Source: Octopus bimaculoides (Eukaryota). Taken from it: a stretch of DNA of 32,181 nucleotides. The stretch covers positions 100,134,208-100,166,388 of the forward strand of contig NC_068987.1 in assembly GCF_001194135.2 (NCBI RefSeq), in the 5' to 3' direction. Of the stretch, positions 1-11,807 are shown piece after piece. Each line of letters opens with the position of its first letter. The first letter of the stretch is position 1. Position numbers and translations under genes: made by a program. The notes beneath the pieces are model-generated. The model had not been told where the DNA came from. It saw only the letters and a list, made by a program, of their open reading frames with translations, and did not search any database.

Positions 1-338
1 GTGAAGTTCCAGAGGAGTGAAATGTGATCATTTTCAAGTACTGGGGGTGGTTTGTGTTCCCACCAGTTTTTATCATGGGGCAAGTCCAGGTTTTTGCATA
101 TTACCCAGTGAATATATTGTGCAGCTCTATCATGCCTGTTGAGATACTCTGTAGGCGCAAGCAGACTGCACATGGAGACAACATGATCGATGGTCTCATT
201 TTGTTGTTGGCATATACGACATAATGGGGAGCTGCCGTTCTTTAATATGTTGGCCTGGTAGTTCTTTGTAGGTAGGCATTGATCTTGGGCTGCTATGATA
301 AACCCCTCTGTTTCTGATTTCAAGCCAGAGGCCATTAA
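1..338 (-). mobile_element. R4/Dong-clade non-LTR retrotransposon, 5'-truncated copy that runs off the left window edge; CCHC knuckle region upstream of the RLE endonuclease
   Basis: Manual translation of 335->3 is open for 111 codons: MASGLKSETEGFIIAAQDQCLPTKNYQANILKNGSSPLCRICQQQNETIDHVVSMCSLLAPTEYLNRHDRAAQYIHWVICKNLDLPHDKNWWEHKPPPVLENDHISLLWNF. It carries ETEGFIIAAQDQ, C-x2-C-x8-H-x4-C, RHD and W-x-EHKP motifs typical of R4/Dong ORFs. It is missing from the ORF track because the frame has no stop inside the window. Confidence 0.93.
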
Positions 339-378
339 TCATTATTATTATTATTATTAATTATTATTATTAGTAGTA

Positions 379-462
<84 letters not shown>

Positions 463-478
463 TTGTTGGTGTTGTTAT
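337..478. repeat. (ATT)n/(TAA)n microsatellite lying between two Dong-type elements
   Basis: Direct read: an imperfect (att)n run of about 140 bp. Confidence 0.98.
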
Positions 479-479
479 T

Positions 480-890
480 TATTTTATTTTATTTTCATTT
501 TATTGCTGAGTCTCCATCTCACACCTAGGGAAGTGAAACGTACTGTATACATTGGTAGGCCATTAAAACAAACAGACAACATTGTTTATTTACAAAGTCA
601 TGTGATAGACAAAAAAGGGAAGGAAAACACGGAAAAAAAATGAAACTAGTAAAATATAAAAATATAAACAAAGAAAATAAGGGTCGGTGAAAGAACGAAA
701 ATTCACGGTGACAATGCTCTTCTAAATACGCGTGACGTTCCGGGTAGAACAATCTTTTGCACTTCCTGCCTGGATAGTAAGCCAGGGATCATTCTCAACT
801 AATTTCTTTTGTATTCTTCCAAGTGTTCCTACAATCAGTGGTATTGCAGCCGTCTTGAGATACCACATCTTTTCTCTTTCGATTGTTACG
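480..890 (-). mobile_element. Older, degenerate R4/Dong-clade 3' end (C-terminal ORF remnant plus 3' UTR) ending in the (TAA)n tract
   Basis: The minus strand reads IEREKMWYLKTAAIPLIVGTLGRIQKK, then after a frameshift MIPGLLSRQEVQKIVLPGTSRVFRRALSP* (stop at 705-703). This aligns by eye with the C-terminus of the right-edge copy (VIGALGM...IPGNPKMAEVQKIVLMGTAHILRK). Confidence 0.8.
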
Positions 891-1656
891 ACAGAGACCG
901 AGAGAGAAACTCAAGGCACGAGTATCTTGAGCATTAGCACTTATTACGCACTAGCTAGCCACGTGCCGCCAATAATGACAGCTAAGTGTAGTATATTATA
1001 TATAAATAAGGTACAAAATAAGGTACAAAACAATCTCACAAACAAACATTTTCATACTTCCCCTGTACACGCGCACACATACACACATATACTGACACAG
1101 AGTTGAAACACTGATTTTGTTTTTCACCCATTCCTTCCTTATTCATCTGTTATCCTTTCCGTTCTCTCATTGTTATTACTTGCTCCCCTTCCTTCTCAGT
1201 CAGGGCTATTACTCTCACTCCTTCTCCTTCACTATATTACTATGTTCTCTCCTTCTCCACGTCCGGCGTGATTCTGGACAAATATATATGAAAACACTAC
1301 ACTCATTATTATATTTGGAGATATTTATAATGATGACGATCACCTATATAAATATTATCTACAATGATAAACACAATTCTCTGGATTGTTCTAGTATAAA
1401 TTATATAAACAATTACAGGCACACACACAAACACACACACATACATTTCTATACATACGTACATAGAATTTGATAGATATATATTTACACACATGAATAC
1501 ACATATACAAAGTTATGAACATAAACAATATGAGCAGAAATGAAATTATCCGTTCAGCTTATATGGTAACATACATGTACACCTATATCTATAAATACAT
1601 AGTGATGTACACACACACACACACCCACACATACATACATACATACATATATATAT

Positions 1657-2053
1657 NNNNNNNNNNNNNNNNNNNNNNNNNNNNNNNNNNNNNNNNNNNN
1701 NNNNNNNNNNNNNNNNNNNNNNNNNNNNNNNNNNNNNNNNNNNNNNNNNNNNNNNNNNNNNNNNNNNNNNNNNNNNNNNNNNNNNNNNNNNNNNNNNNNN
1801 NNNNNNNNNNNNNNNNNNNNNNNNNNNNNNNNNNNNNNNNNNNNNNNNNNNNNNNNNNNNNNNNNNNNNNNNNNNNNNNNNNNNNNNNNNNNNNNNNNNN
1901 NNNNNNNNNNNNNNNNNNNNNNNNNNNNNNNNNNNNNNNNNNNNNNNNNNNNNNNNNNNNNNNNNNNNNNNNNNNNNNNNNNNNNNNNNNNNNNNNNNNN
2001 NNNNNNNNNNNNNNNNNNNNNNNNNNNNNNNNNNNNNNNNNNNNNNNNNNNNN
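1657..2053. other. Assembly gap (N run) flanked by (TA)n/(CATA)n
   Basis: N characters with microsatellite on both edges. Confidence 0.99.
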
Positions 2054-2093
<40 letters not shown>

Positions 2094-2961
2094 GCATGTA
2101 TAAATAAATACACAAAATATACTGATATCCGGAAGATATATGCATAGGCAAGATCATTTATTGTAATGCTTAAATAAACTGTTGGGGATATATAGGGAAT
2201 ACTGTGGTGATAGGTGTTGCAAAAGGGAGGCGTGGGGAAAGGATAAGAGGTAGTAAAAGAAGAAATATAAGCTAAATCAGAAAGGTAAGTTGACCAGTTT
2301 AAAGTGCGTCAGTGATGAGTGTATAAACGTTCGTTCTCTTTCGATAAAATAATAATTAACAAATGGATATAGTAGTTGAAAACGAACGTTTGTATTACGA
2401 AGATCGTATTCTGTAATAATGTATAAGAAAACCAAGTGTTCGTCAATAATCATCAAGTATTTGATAAGGTAATGTATGATATATATCAAAGTCTATTCGC
2501 TGGACCATATTCGCTGGATCTCTCTCCAGCACTTGACCTTTATTTTCACTGAAGTTAAAGTGCTGCGAAATGCTATTTGAAAATGCTAAACTGGTTTTGC
2601 ACACAATCATTCATCTACAATCGACCTAGTTAATGCTTTTCTTCCGTATCCATATTTATATAAAGCAGAACACCAGTGAGATACATAAAACCTCAGAATA
2701 ATGTAGCATCACAAAGTAGACGGATTTGTTTTCTACAATAGTATTTTAATTTCTGAATCAGAAGACTTGAATGATTTGTTATAATAGATTACAGTATAGT
2801 AGAAATATGTCCCATATTATTAGTAGAAAGGAGATATGTTTTCGAAGAAAAAGGAAATATAGAACATAAACATGTCTTAGGCATACAAACTATTTCTAAT
2901 AGACAATAAAATTATTTCGAACATATCTTTGAATAGTTTGTACTTGCATTCATATAATATA

Positions 2962-3180
2962 TACGTAGGGGTGCTGAAAAGTTTCAGGCTTTGAGTAAAA
3001 GAAAGTACAGGAGGAACAGTTAATTATGAATTTATCCTACATATGCCCTCTAAGATTCACACACAAATTGCAGCAGTCCCTCAGTTTTTCTAAGACCATA
3101 AAAGAATTCGAAAATTGTGGGTGCCATCCAAATATTCCGCGATATTCTTAAAGCCCGGAATCTTTGAGAAACTTCACATA
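2962..3180 (+). mobile_element. Mariner/Tc1-type MITE (~220 bp), degenerate
   Basis: Left end TACGTAGGGGTGCTGAAAAGTTTCAGGCTTT. The right end reverse-complements to TATGTGAAGTTTCTCAAAGATTCCGGGCTTT, a degenerate TIR. TA occurs at both termini and there is no coding capacity. The left end resembles the mariner TIR type TACGAGGG(G)TG..GAAAAGT. Confidence 0.7.
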
Positions 3181-3967
3181 TTTGGAATTTTTTCGGTGTA
3201 ATGGGGGAATTTACCTTTCGCAAAACAATAAATAAACTCATTTAACTTCCCTTTTTGTCTCCTTCATATTAAAAGTATAAGGGATATATATTATGTTTCG
3301 ATTTATTTTACACATATTAATAAAACGTCGGATTTAATATAAGTATACTGTAGTGCATACATCAATTTTATTTCCAGTCTACAATGTTTATGAGCAACAT
3401 GTATAACCTTCACAATTAAGCTACAAATTTACCAGCTGTCTCCATAGAATTGTATATTTTTTCTCTTTATACGGAAATGCATGGAGTATATATCAAGCGT
3501 TATTTCAAAGCGAAGGTGGCTACATGTTTAAATTATTATTCTAATAAATATGAAGTGTTTTTTTTTTTAAATCACTCTTTTATTGGAACAGGAAGAATGA
3601 TTTTGTGTCACACAATAAATAGGATTAAATATGTTATGGATCCTGAAGGATATAGACAATTGAATGTAATAAAATATTGCAATTTAATAAACAGGAAACA
3701 ATGTCAATTTAGAGACAGTGATAAACTATGTATTACAAGGAAACTTAATTAGTTGCAATAATAAATAATTCGGTTATTTCGATTAAATGGTTTGATACAT
3801 GTAAATCATATCACCTTCATTCCTACTTTAAACATATTTTCTAATGCAATGCACATTGTCATACAATTAGAAATACGGAAGGACTCACACACGCAGACAA
3901 AAGCATACCTTCACCTACGAATATACGTGTTCACACGAATATAAGACTATACATACATATTCTTTCC

Positions 3968-4172
3968 TACTCTAGGCACAAGGTCCGAAATTCTGGGGAG
4001 TGGGCCAGTCGAGTAGATCGACCCCAGTACCCAACTGATATTTAATTTATCGACCCCGAAAGGATGATATGCAAAGTCGATCTCGGCAGAATCTGAACTC
4101 AGAACATAAAGACTGACGAAATACCGCTAAGCATTTCGCCCGGCTTACTGATGTTTCTGCCTGGTCGCCGCC
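3968..4172 (-). mobile_element. tRNA-derived SINE, family A, near full length
   Basis: Minus-strand head GGCGGCGACCAGGCAGAAAC with box-B-like GAGTTCAGATTC, then core GTCGACTTTGCATATCATCCTTTCGGGGTCGATAAA, which resembles the Deu/Nin-type conserved SINE domain (from recall). Four more homologous copies lie at 18.8-19.7 kb. Confidence 0.85.
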
Positions 4173-4254
4173 TTGATTCAGCCATATATATTGACGAAAC
4201 GAAAATTCTAGGTAACTAGACACCACCAAATTTCAACAAGTATTTATAACTGTG

Positions 4255-4385
4255 TGTCTGTATGTGGTTGTTTGTATGTGTATATGTATGTGCATATATG
4301 TGTGTATGTATCTGTGTGTGCAGATATGAGTGTGTGTGCGTGTGTGTATGTGTGTGCATATGTGTGCATGTGTGTGCGTCTGTGT
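4255..4385. repeat. Compound (TG)n/(TATG)n microsatellite
   Basis: Direct read. A similar tract is at 4825-4930. Confidence 0.9.
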
Positions 4386-5148
4386 AAAATATGGATAAAG
4401 TATGGTGTAAAGATTATTTTTACTTTTTCTTTAATTGGATAGGAGGATAGGAAAAAATATATTTTTTTAAATTTCTTACATTAAGTCACCTTTGAAACAT
4501 ATAACCGGTTCCGATGTGTATGTTCATCTTATCAAATATTAAAAAGTCAAGAATTAATAAACAAGAATTAAAAATTAGAAACTAAATCAGTTTACTCTCA
4601 TACTCCGTGTGTAGTTAAGAATACGCTTCATGATTTTACTCTCCACTTATATATGTTGTTTCTGAAGGGGATTGAAATGGTGTTCATGGGATGAAACGTC
4701 AAAGGGTTCTATTGAACTGCAAACCAGATTTCTTTTCTATTCAAGTGTGTTTTGTGTACGCAGTGCTAAATTATCAAAAATTCTAATGCCGACTTTAGAA
4801 ATTCTTTTTCTTTTTCATTTTGTTGTGCGTGTGTTTCTGTGTGCGTGTGTGTTTCTGTGTGCGTGTGTGTCTGTCTGTCTGTGTGGTGTCTGTTTGTATG
4901 TCTGTGTCTGTGTGGATGTGTTTGTGTGAGTTTTATTTATGGACATATTGTCTTATGGAAGAATTTATTTTTGTGTCAAAACTTCTACGGAATTGAATCG
5001 CAGTTTGCGTCTCTATTCACAAGATGTGCGTGCGTGCGTGCGGATATTGTGATGAATTTATGGACGGTCAAGAATTCTATTGAAATGGTTTGAGGATAAA
5101 TCTATTTTAAATTTTTCTTCTGCTTTTTGTTGTGTGATTCTTTGCGTA

Positions 5149-6130
5149 CACTCAGCTGCTGTCTTTGATGGATTCCCAAAAGTCCTTCTCACATCATGCA
5201 AACGACTCTTTGCAAGATCCCTGCCGGTACTTGCAAGTGACAAGCTCACAGGAAAATTGAAGGAGTGAATACTATGCTCTAACCAGTAGTAGAGCAGTTG
5301 CTCAAAATATCTAACCTCACATATCAACAATATCATAGGAAAAATAGTCTGAAGGAAACTAGTTATATTCCTTTAAGAGAATGACTTGCCGTCTGATACT
5401 GAGCATGGTTTTCGACCAAGTAGAAACCTCCTTAAACAGTGATTATAAGTGTACAACTGAGTGTTAAAGCAGATGATCAACAATACAAATGTAGATGTTA
5501 TATATCCCTATTTTGAAAATGGCTTTGGTAACTTAGAATGTGGTATGGTTTGTGGCATGGTGCGTAATTCGGTGTAGTGGGAATACTTGGAGAGTGGGAA
5601 CACAACTTTTTAAGTCAGGCACTGGTGTACAATGTTGCTATCTTCAAGGAAACATAATTAGTGAGTAGTGTTCCACAGGGCACTATCTTATAGCCACTGT
5701 TATACATAGTGGTCCAATGAGACATACCGTCAGCTGCGCAGGTAGCTACACTTGCAAATTATGCAGATCACACAAAAGAGTCTTAGAGGATACACAAACA
5801 TGGAGATATCGCATACCTGCAATACATGCTGGACGCAACGTTCTGATGGGCTGGCGTTAATAATATGCAATTTAATGTGGGATAATTCCAAGTATCGACT
5901 ACCAGCTCGCGGAGCTGAAGAAAATACCGACAGGATAACCTGGCACGGGAGAGATTGCAATTACTGCATCAAAATCACTGTATGACATGGGTACTGAAAT
6001 GTGTAGTGTTTTATCTTTCCAGGTGCATCTTACTATGTTGGCAATGCAATTCAGGTCGGTGGATCCTTCTATTTACACTGCTTCCACCTTATCTCTCACT
6101 TTGCCGTCATATCCTATTATCTCTGTAATC
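5149..6130 (+). mobile_element. Decayed CR1/L2-type (Jockey group) LINE reverse-transcriptase fragment with many stops and frameshifts
   Basis: RT motifs appear in order: SAAVFDGFPKVLL; LTSHINNII..RKLVIFL*ENDLPSDTEHGFRP; NVDVIYPYFENGF (for VDVIYLDFAKAF); SSVPQGTIL*PLLYI (for SGVPQGTVLGPLLF); NYADHTK (for YADDTK); NMQFN; SLYDMGTEMCSVLSFQVH (for VRDLGI..SFxxH); RWILLF; LISHF. Confidence 0.9.
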
Positions 6131-6495
6131 AGTACAATTACAATTGTAAAAACAGGAATAATATACTAAACTTTACTACAATTTTGTCTTGTGTGTATAT
6201 TCGTAAATATTCTTCGGTGAATATTAGACGTAAGTTGAAGCAAGGAAAGAAATATATAATTTCTTTATATCTTACTCTTGACTGTTTGTAAAATGATAGA
6301 AATGATGGAAAAATACATTTCAAACTTTTATTCTCGTATGCAAAATGAAAAACTTCCGGTCGAAAATTTCTCTAAGATTAGCTTTTTACTAATGTACGCA
6401 TCAGATAGGTTCAAGAGTGACAAGGTGTAATTATTCACTTCCCTATACGATGAGATACGAAATATGTATATAAATACGCATATGAGTATATACAT

Positions 6496-6497
<2 letters not shown>

Positions 6498-6550
<53 letters not shown>
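6498..6550. repeat. (CA)n microsatellite
   Basis: Direct read: about 26 perfect CA units. Confidence 0.98.
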
Positions 6551-6553
<3 letters not shown>

Positions 6554-6909
6554 CTGCTCTCTCATACACGCACATATATTTGCATATGTGCGGGTTAATG
6601 CTATTCTACAAGCACCGGACTAAAACGGGGTCACTGCATATCTGGATATCCAAATGGAAGAATCTACATACACGCATATTTCTTTCACTGTGTCGTTCAG
6701 AAGATAGACCATTGCGCCCGAATTATATAGAGGATATTTGAACTTTCATTTCTGCATTGTAACAAGCTTTCTTCATTTAAAATGTTCTACTGTAGAAAAT
6801 GCTTCAAACAAACTACAAGTTCACACAAACTTCTAGCAATGTACGTATGTTAGTAATATATATATCACTAACATACATACATACATACATACACACACAC
6901 GCACCCCCT

Positions 6910-6945
<36 letters not shown>

Positions 6946-7381
6946 NNNNNNNNNNNNNNNNNNNNNNNNNNNNNNNNNNNNNNNNNNNNNNNNNNNNNNN
7001 NNNNNNNNNNNNNNNNNNNNNNNNNNNNNNNNNNNNNNNNNNNNNNNNNNNNNNNNNNNNNNNNNNNNNNNNNNNNNNNNNNNNNNNNNNNNNNNNNNNN
7101 NNNNNNNNNNNNNNNNNNNNNNNNNNNNNNNNNNNNNNNNNNNNNNNNNNNNNNNNNNNNNNNNNNNNNNNNNNNNNNNNNNNNNNNNNNNNNNNNNNNN
7201 NNNNNNNNNNNNNNNNNNNNNNNNNNNNNNNNNNNNNNNNNNNNNNNNNNNNNNNNNNNNNNNNNNNNNNNNNNNNNNNNNNNNNNNNNNNNNNNNNNNN
7301 NNNNNNNNNNNNNNNNNNNNNNNNNNNNNNNNNNNNNNNNNNNNNNNNNNNNNNNNNNNNNNNNNNNNNNNNNNNNNNNNN
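6946..7381. other. Assembly gap (N run) preceded by (TA)n
   Basis: N characters. Confidence 0.99.
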
Positions 7382-7934
7382 TTAATAAAGCACATTCATT
7401 GATTATATAATGCATACACACAAATATACGCACACGGCCAAACACATCAGCTTTGTTATCCTTCAATGTATATTCTATGATTTTTCTTGTAAGAACACTT
7501 AAGATTCGGCCCTTTTCCTGTTTTGACATTTTAAGCCCTGATATGCTTAATGGAATTAACCTTTTGACAGGATCAGACTTGTCAATGCCTTGCATTTCAG
7601 CCAAGAAATGGTGTCCATTATTGGAAGGCAAATATCAACAGTGTTGAAAGCAGCTCATAGCCAGCTGGAATATAAACTATACCAATAGTTAAAAGGGTTA
7701 TTTAAGAATTCTGAAATAAAGTAGTGGTGTGTTCTAACCAACTTGAATTCCATTTACACACGACAATGCTCTGAAGGCATGCATTGAAATATGTGGTCGT
7801 CGTCCACTCTACGTATGAAGCTGCAGGATATTGCTACGTAGAATGCGTTTCCACCAATGATAGATGTGTATTGAACTCACAACAGAATTAATGTAAGCAC
7901 TTACAAAACATAACATGCCACTACATGTGAAATT

Positions 7935-8082
7935 AAACACACACACAGACGCATGCACGTACACACACACACACACACACACGCGCGCGCACACACACAC
8001 ACATACACACACACGCACATACACACGCGCACACAAACGCGCACACACACACACACACACACACTCACACACACACACACAC
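7935..8082. repeat. Compound (CA)n/(CG)n microsatellite
   Basis: Direct read. Another (CA)n is at 8428-8470. Confidence 0.95.
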
Positions 8083-8425
8083 ATGGGGGTTTGTTAATTT
8101 CATTTATTTCTTCCTAGTAGAGTACTTCTTTTCGTTCCTGACCCGTCTGTCTTATTTCTAATTCACATTGCCTTTTCTTTACTCACTTTTCCCGATATCA
8201 TCTCTGCTTCCATAGTTTGAATTCTCCCTGCTGTGCTCTGTGGGAATTGTCCGGTTTAAACTAATCATTCAGCTAGAAAATCATTTATGTAGAACTTGAT
8301 GTTATGACATCAGCATCCAGTGTTTTTCTATTTGTAGACTGTTCCGTTAAATATATTTTACGAATAAGTTTTGTAATACATCTTGTTGCTTCTAGAGAGG
8401 GTTATTATAGCATCAACATTAAAAT

Positions 8426-8473
<48 letters not shown>

Positions 8474-8684
8474 GTGTTCAATAACTACATTTCACCAACT
8501 ACCTATTCAATTCTTTGCTTTAGTTTTCATTGCCAGAGATCTTTTATCACTACTTGTGACCTTATCAATGACATGTGTTGATTGTTCTATATATAGTGAT
8601 TGAATAATTAAATGATAAAATATAGAAGTAGTACTGAATCAGTGCGTGAGTTTATTCTAATTTTTATTAGTATACAGTTCCCGG

Positions 8685-8980
8685 TTGTGAGTGAATTTGC
8701 TAGAAGGAAACTGAAAGAAGTCCATTTTATATGTCTGTGTTTGTTTGTTTGTGTGCTTCTGTGCGTGTGTGTGTCTTTGTGTGTGTATTTTTTGTGTCTG
8801 TGTTGGATCCCCCTACTAGCATCACTTACCGGTGTTAGGACGTTTACATCCACGTAAGCCAGCCGTTCACCAAAGTGACTGATAAAATAAGTACCACCCT
8901 TAAGAAAAAATGATATTAGGATCGATTCATTCGACTAAAAGTTCTTCCAGACAGTGCCCCAGCATAGCGACAGTCTATGA
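8685..8980 (+). mobile_element. SINE family B (internal (TG)n tract), 5'-truncated and degenerate
   Basis: TTGTGAGTGAATTTGCTAGAAGGAAACTGAAAGAAGTCC, then a TG-rich tract, then GATAAAATAAGTACC...GATCGATTCATTCGACTAAAA...GTGCCCCAGCATAGCGACAGTC. This is collinear with the 13271-13662 copy. Confidence 0.8.
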
Positions 8981-11344
8981 TCCCTCCCTGCACACAAGAA
9001 TGATTCTTTCAACAAACGTATTCACATCAAGAATCTTGCTAACCAAATTCAAAATTTCGGAATACAATTATTGATCATAGAAGAGATATATGGATGCTGA
9101 ATCTTAATACTCATGACTAGCATTAGACCAATGCGTTAAATAGTCAGGCAGTGAGGGAGAATAAAAATCAGACAAACGCTACTGGCGCGTGGTCACATAC
9201 GAAATCTAATAGTCTAAATATTCATATACTCCCATGTTTTCTCATACACGCTGCCACTTGTTATCTGCTTTTGTGTATGAGTGTACCGCAATATCACACT
9301 TATATGGGAATGTATATATGTGAGTAAACGTACAAACTGTGTTCGTTTCAATCTCTTTCTCTCTCGTTTTATCGTTACAACCCAATTACCATTCTCCAAG
9401 AGATTGTAGTTACTTGTTTTGTTTTTGCGCACAAGAATGTATGGTAACACTTTAATAGAATAGATAGTAACAATCTGTCCAGTTCAACATTATAAATTTA
9501 AATATTTTTACATTTCATGCAACTCACGGAATGAAATTGCTCGACCTTTGGGATTAAATATTAAACGATAAACTTTAGAAATACAACAATATAAAAATAC
9601 GTGTCTCATGTCGAGTTGTTTCCGGAGTGACTAAATATATTCGTATACGCAATTAATTACTATGATATATTATTTGTTTCGTAGACTCATTAGTAAAAAT
9701 GCTGTCATTAAAATGTAAGTTATATCTGTAAATGCAAAGCAATTGTAATCTCCTAATTACCTTTATATATGTGTGTATGCATATATATCTATGTGGTTAT
9801 ATATATAAATGCAAGAGAGGGAGAAAAATAAAATCTGACAGGGATAAAGATAAATAGACAGACAGAGTGAGAGAGAAAGCGCGAAATAGACAGTAAAGGC
9901 TTTGAGAATGAAGATGAAAGATTACTCTTCATATCGACCCGATCGTAATGGAGTTGACTTTTCTCCACATCCGGTGTTACACATTTGACTATATTAAATA
10001 AATGCTACATTTGACAACGCATATTTAAATGAATAAAAATATACAGAAAAAGAAGTATTAATTAAAATAAAAAAAAAGAAATATTTAATTTACTTATTCT
10101 TGCATCAAAGTTATTTCGAGAAAATATTTCTTTATTTCGTTTTTTACGTACACTTTACATTTTTAAAAGCATTTTGTTTCGTTTATAACATTTGCAGTTT
10201 TTTTTTTCTTTTCGAATAGAAATGTTTATTTACTCCCAGATATTAATTAAAGAAAGTGAAAATATAAATACAACAGGAAGCGTAATAGCATTCTTAATGA
10301 ATGACATGTGAGCGTAAGTGAAAGAACTAATTAATAAAATATATCGTTAATTGTTTTTGTTGATGTTGTTAATAATTACGGCTTTTAATCATAAATATGT
10401 AATTAATCATTACCCGATAACAAAAAAAAAAAAGCGAAACGTTTATCTCAGTAGAGCGAGATTGCGACGAATTATTAATCAGTAGGTGAATTGTGAATTA
10501 TGCATTAATTTACTTACCAATATATATATATGTATAAGTTATTGCATTTCCATCATTGATTTATTATATACGGTCAATGGTGTTATCTTTTACAAATATT
10601 AATGTGATGTGAGCGCGGTGAAATATTTCAATGACTGAGACAAAAAAAAAAAAAATATATAGATAAATAAATAAATAGATGACAGAAAGAAATTAAACGT
10701 GAACTGAGCAGCGGACGGGTATTCTGCCTGGCAGAATTATATATTGACTTATGTAGTCTTGCCCTAATATCTTTGAATAATTAGTTTATTGCGTTAGAAG
10801 TAAGTTTCCCCACAATTTTGTCTTCACCTCGATTGCGTAAATTAGCATAGCGTACAAATGTAATCTACTTCTGCTTCGAGTTGAGTGAAAATTAAAGTAT
10901 GGAGAAGCCAAGATAATGACCTGCTTCGTGTCAGCGCAAACACACACATAAGTACATGCATACACAAGCAGACAAAAATGCATGTACACCCACTTACTCA
11001 TGCACACACTTGGTTTTGTTGATTTCTCCAGCAGTGCTTTACATCGTATATATGGAGAGAGAATAATAGAGAGAGACAAAGTAAAGAGATAAGGAGAAAG
11101 ATATTAGGTAAGAATTGCCTACTGAATACTCTTTCCAAGTCTGGTTTTAGGAGATCAGTAAATGAATGCTTCAAACACACATACGGTGAGAGAAAAGAAT
11201 AACAGAGTGAAAGATATTTTTGTTTTGAAAATTATTATTCATTACATCATTTTGTATAACCATTAATAAAACTTTGATTACAATCACTTTCTAATCTTTG
11301 TGAATGAAATGAAAAATAAGGAAGCCTCGCAGCTTGAAAAACTT

Positions 11345-11807
11345 TTAGATTCGAGTGCAAATGACTATATTCAGAACAATATAGTCAAAGAAATGTGTAT
11401 CCCATTTTGATAGTCCGGTATTTGACACAGCAGCAACAGCAGCTCTCCAGTTGTTGTTGTAGTTCGTGTGGTTGGTGCCATAGAGGTCATGTTTGGGACA
11501 GTGGGGTTGGTGGTGCTGAACCCTGGCTGTATGTTGGCAGCATTGGTGGTGGTGAGTGCCGTGGTAATGGTGGTAGTTGGTGATAGTATTGTCTACATCG
11601 GCGTAGTTGACGATGGAGGTAACTGCCGTAGTAGTAGTAGGTGATGACATTGGTGGTGTATGTTCTTGTGACAAAAAATAATAAATAATAGAACAGCCTT
11701 ATATCAATGCGTTTCTAAAAGAATCTGCAGGGACGAAACTGCTGTGAACTAGCTTCATTAAGGTCAGTCGCGAAAATATATTCAATTGCAGGGGATGGAA
11801 AGACATT
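11345..11807 (-). pseudogene. Putative degraded SEA-domain-like plus Thr/Ser/Pro-rich (mucin-like) coding remnant
   Basis: After an acceptor-like TTCTTCTAG (exon would start at 11807): NVFPSPAIEYIFATDLNEASSQQFR, frameshift, ADSFRNAL. This resembles the SEA N-terminal F-x2-DL-x-N/D-x-SS-x2-F-x2-LA pattern. Then EHTPPMSSPTTTTAVTS and, in a shifted frame, TILSPTTTITTALTTTNAANIQPGFSTTNPTVPNMTSMAPTTRTTTTT. The segment is visibly GC-richer than its flanks. Several lesions must be assumed. Confidence 0.45.

Noticed and set aside
24-1106. Plus-strand ORFs 24-224 and 732-1106
   Set aside because: They are antisense shadows of the minus-strand Dong-type sequences, and the recognisable motifs are on the other strand.
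6023-6229. Ig-like or C-type-lectin host exon
   Set aside because: The first half is explained by the LINE remnant in another frame (SFQVH, RWILLF, LISHF). It is kept only as a low-interest exonisation candidate.
6909-7647. Protein-like ORFs 6909-7631 (-) and 7453-7647 (+)
   Set aside because: No recognisable motif and no consistent splice sites in phase; part of the length comes from the N gap.
10000-10620. Dense TAAT/ATTA homeodomain-like motifs
   Set aside because: These are expected in very AT-rich sequence, and no enrichment test was possible.
11031-11108. Exon-like segment (TTTCTCCAG|...TTAG|GTAAGA)
   Set aside because: The content is a GA-rich low-complexity run with no homology signal; good splice-like motifs are common by chance in this composition.
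11345-11674. His-rich 109-aa ORF as a real metal-binding protein
   Set aside because: It starts at a TTG inside an acceptor-like T tract. His-richness is the expected shifted-frame reading of ACC/ACT (Thr) codons, and the Thr-rich frame is more parsimonious.
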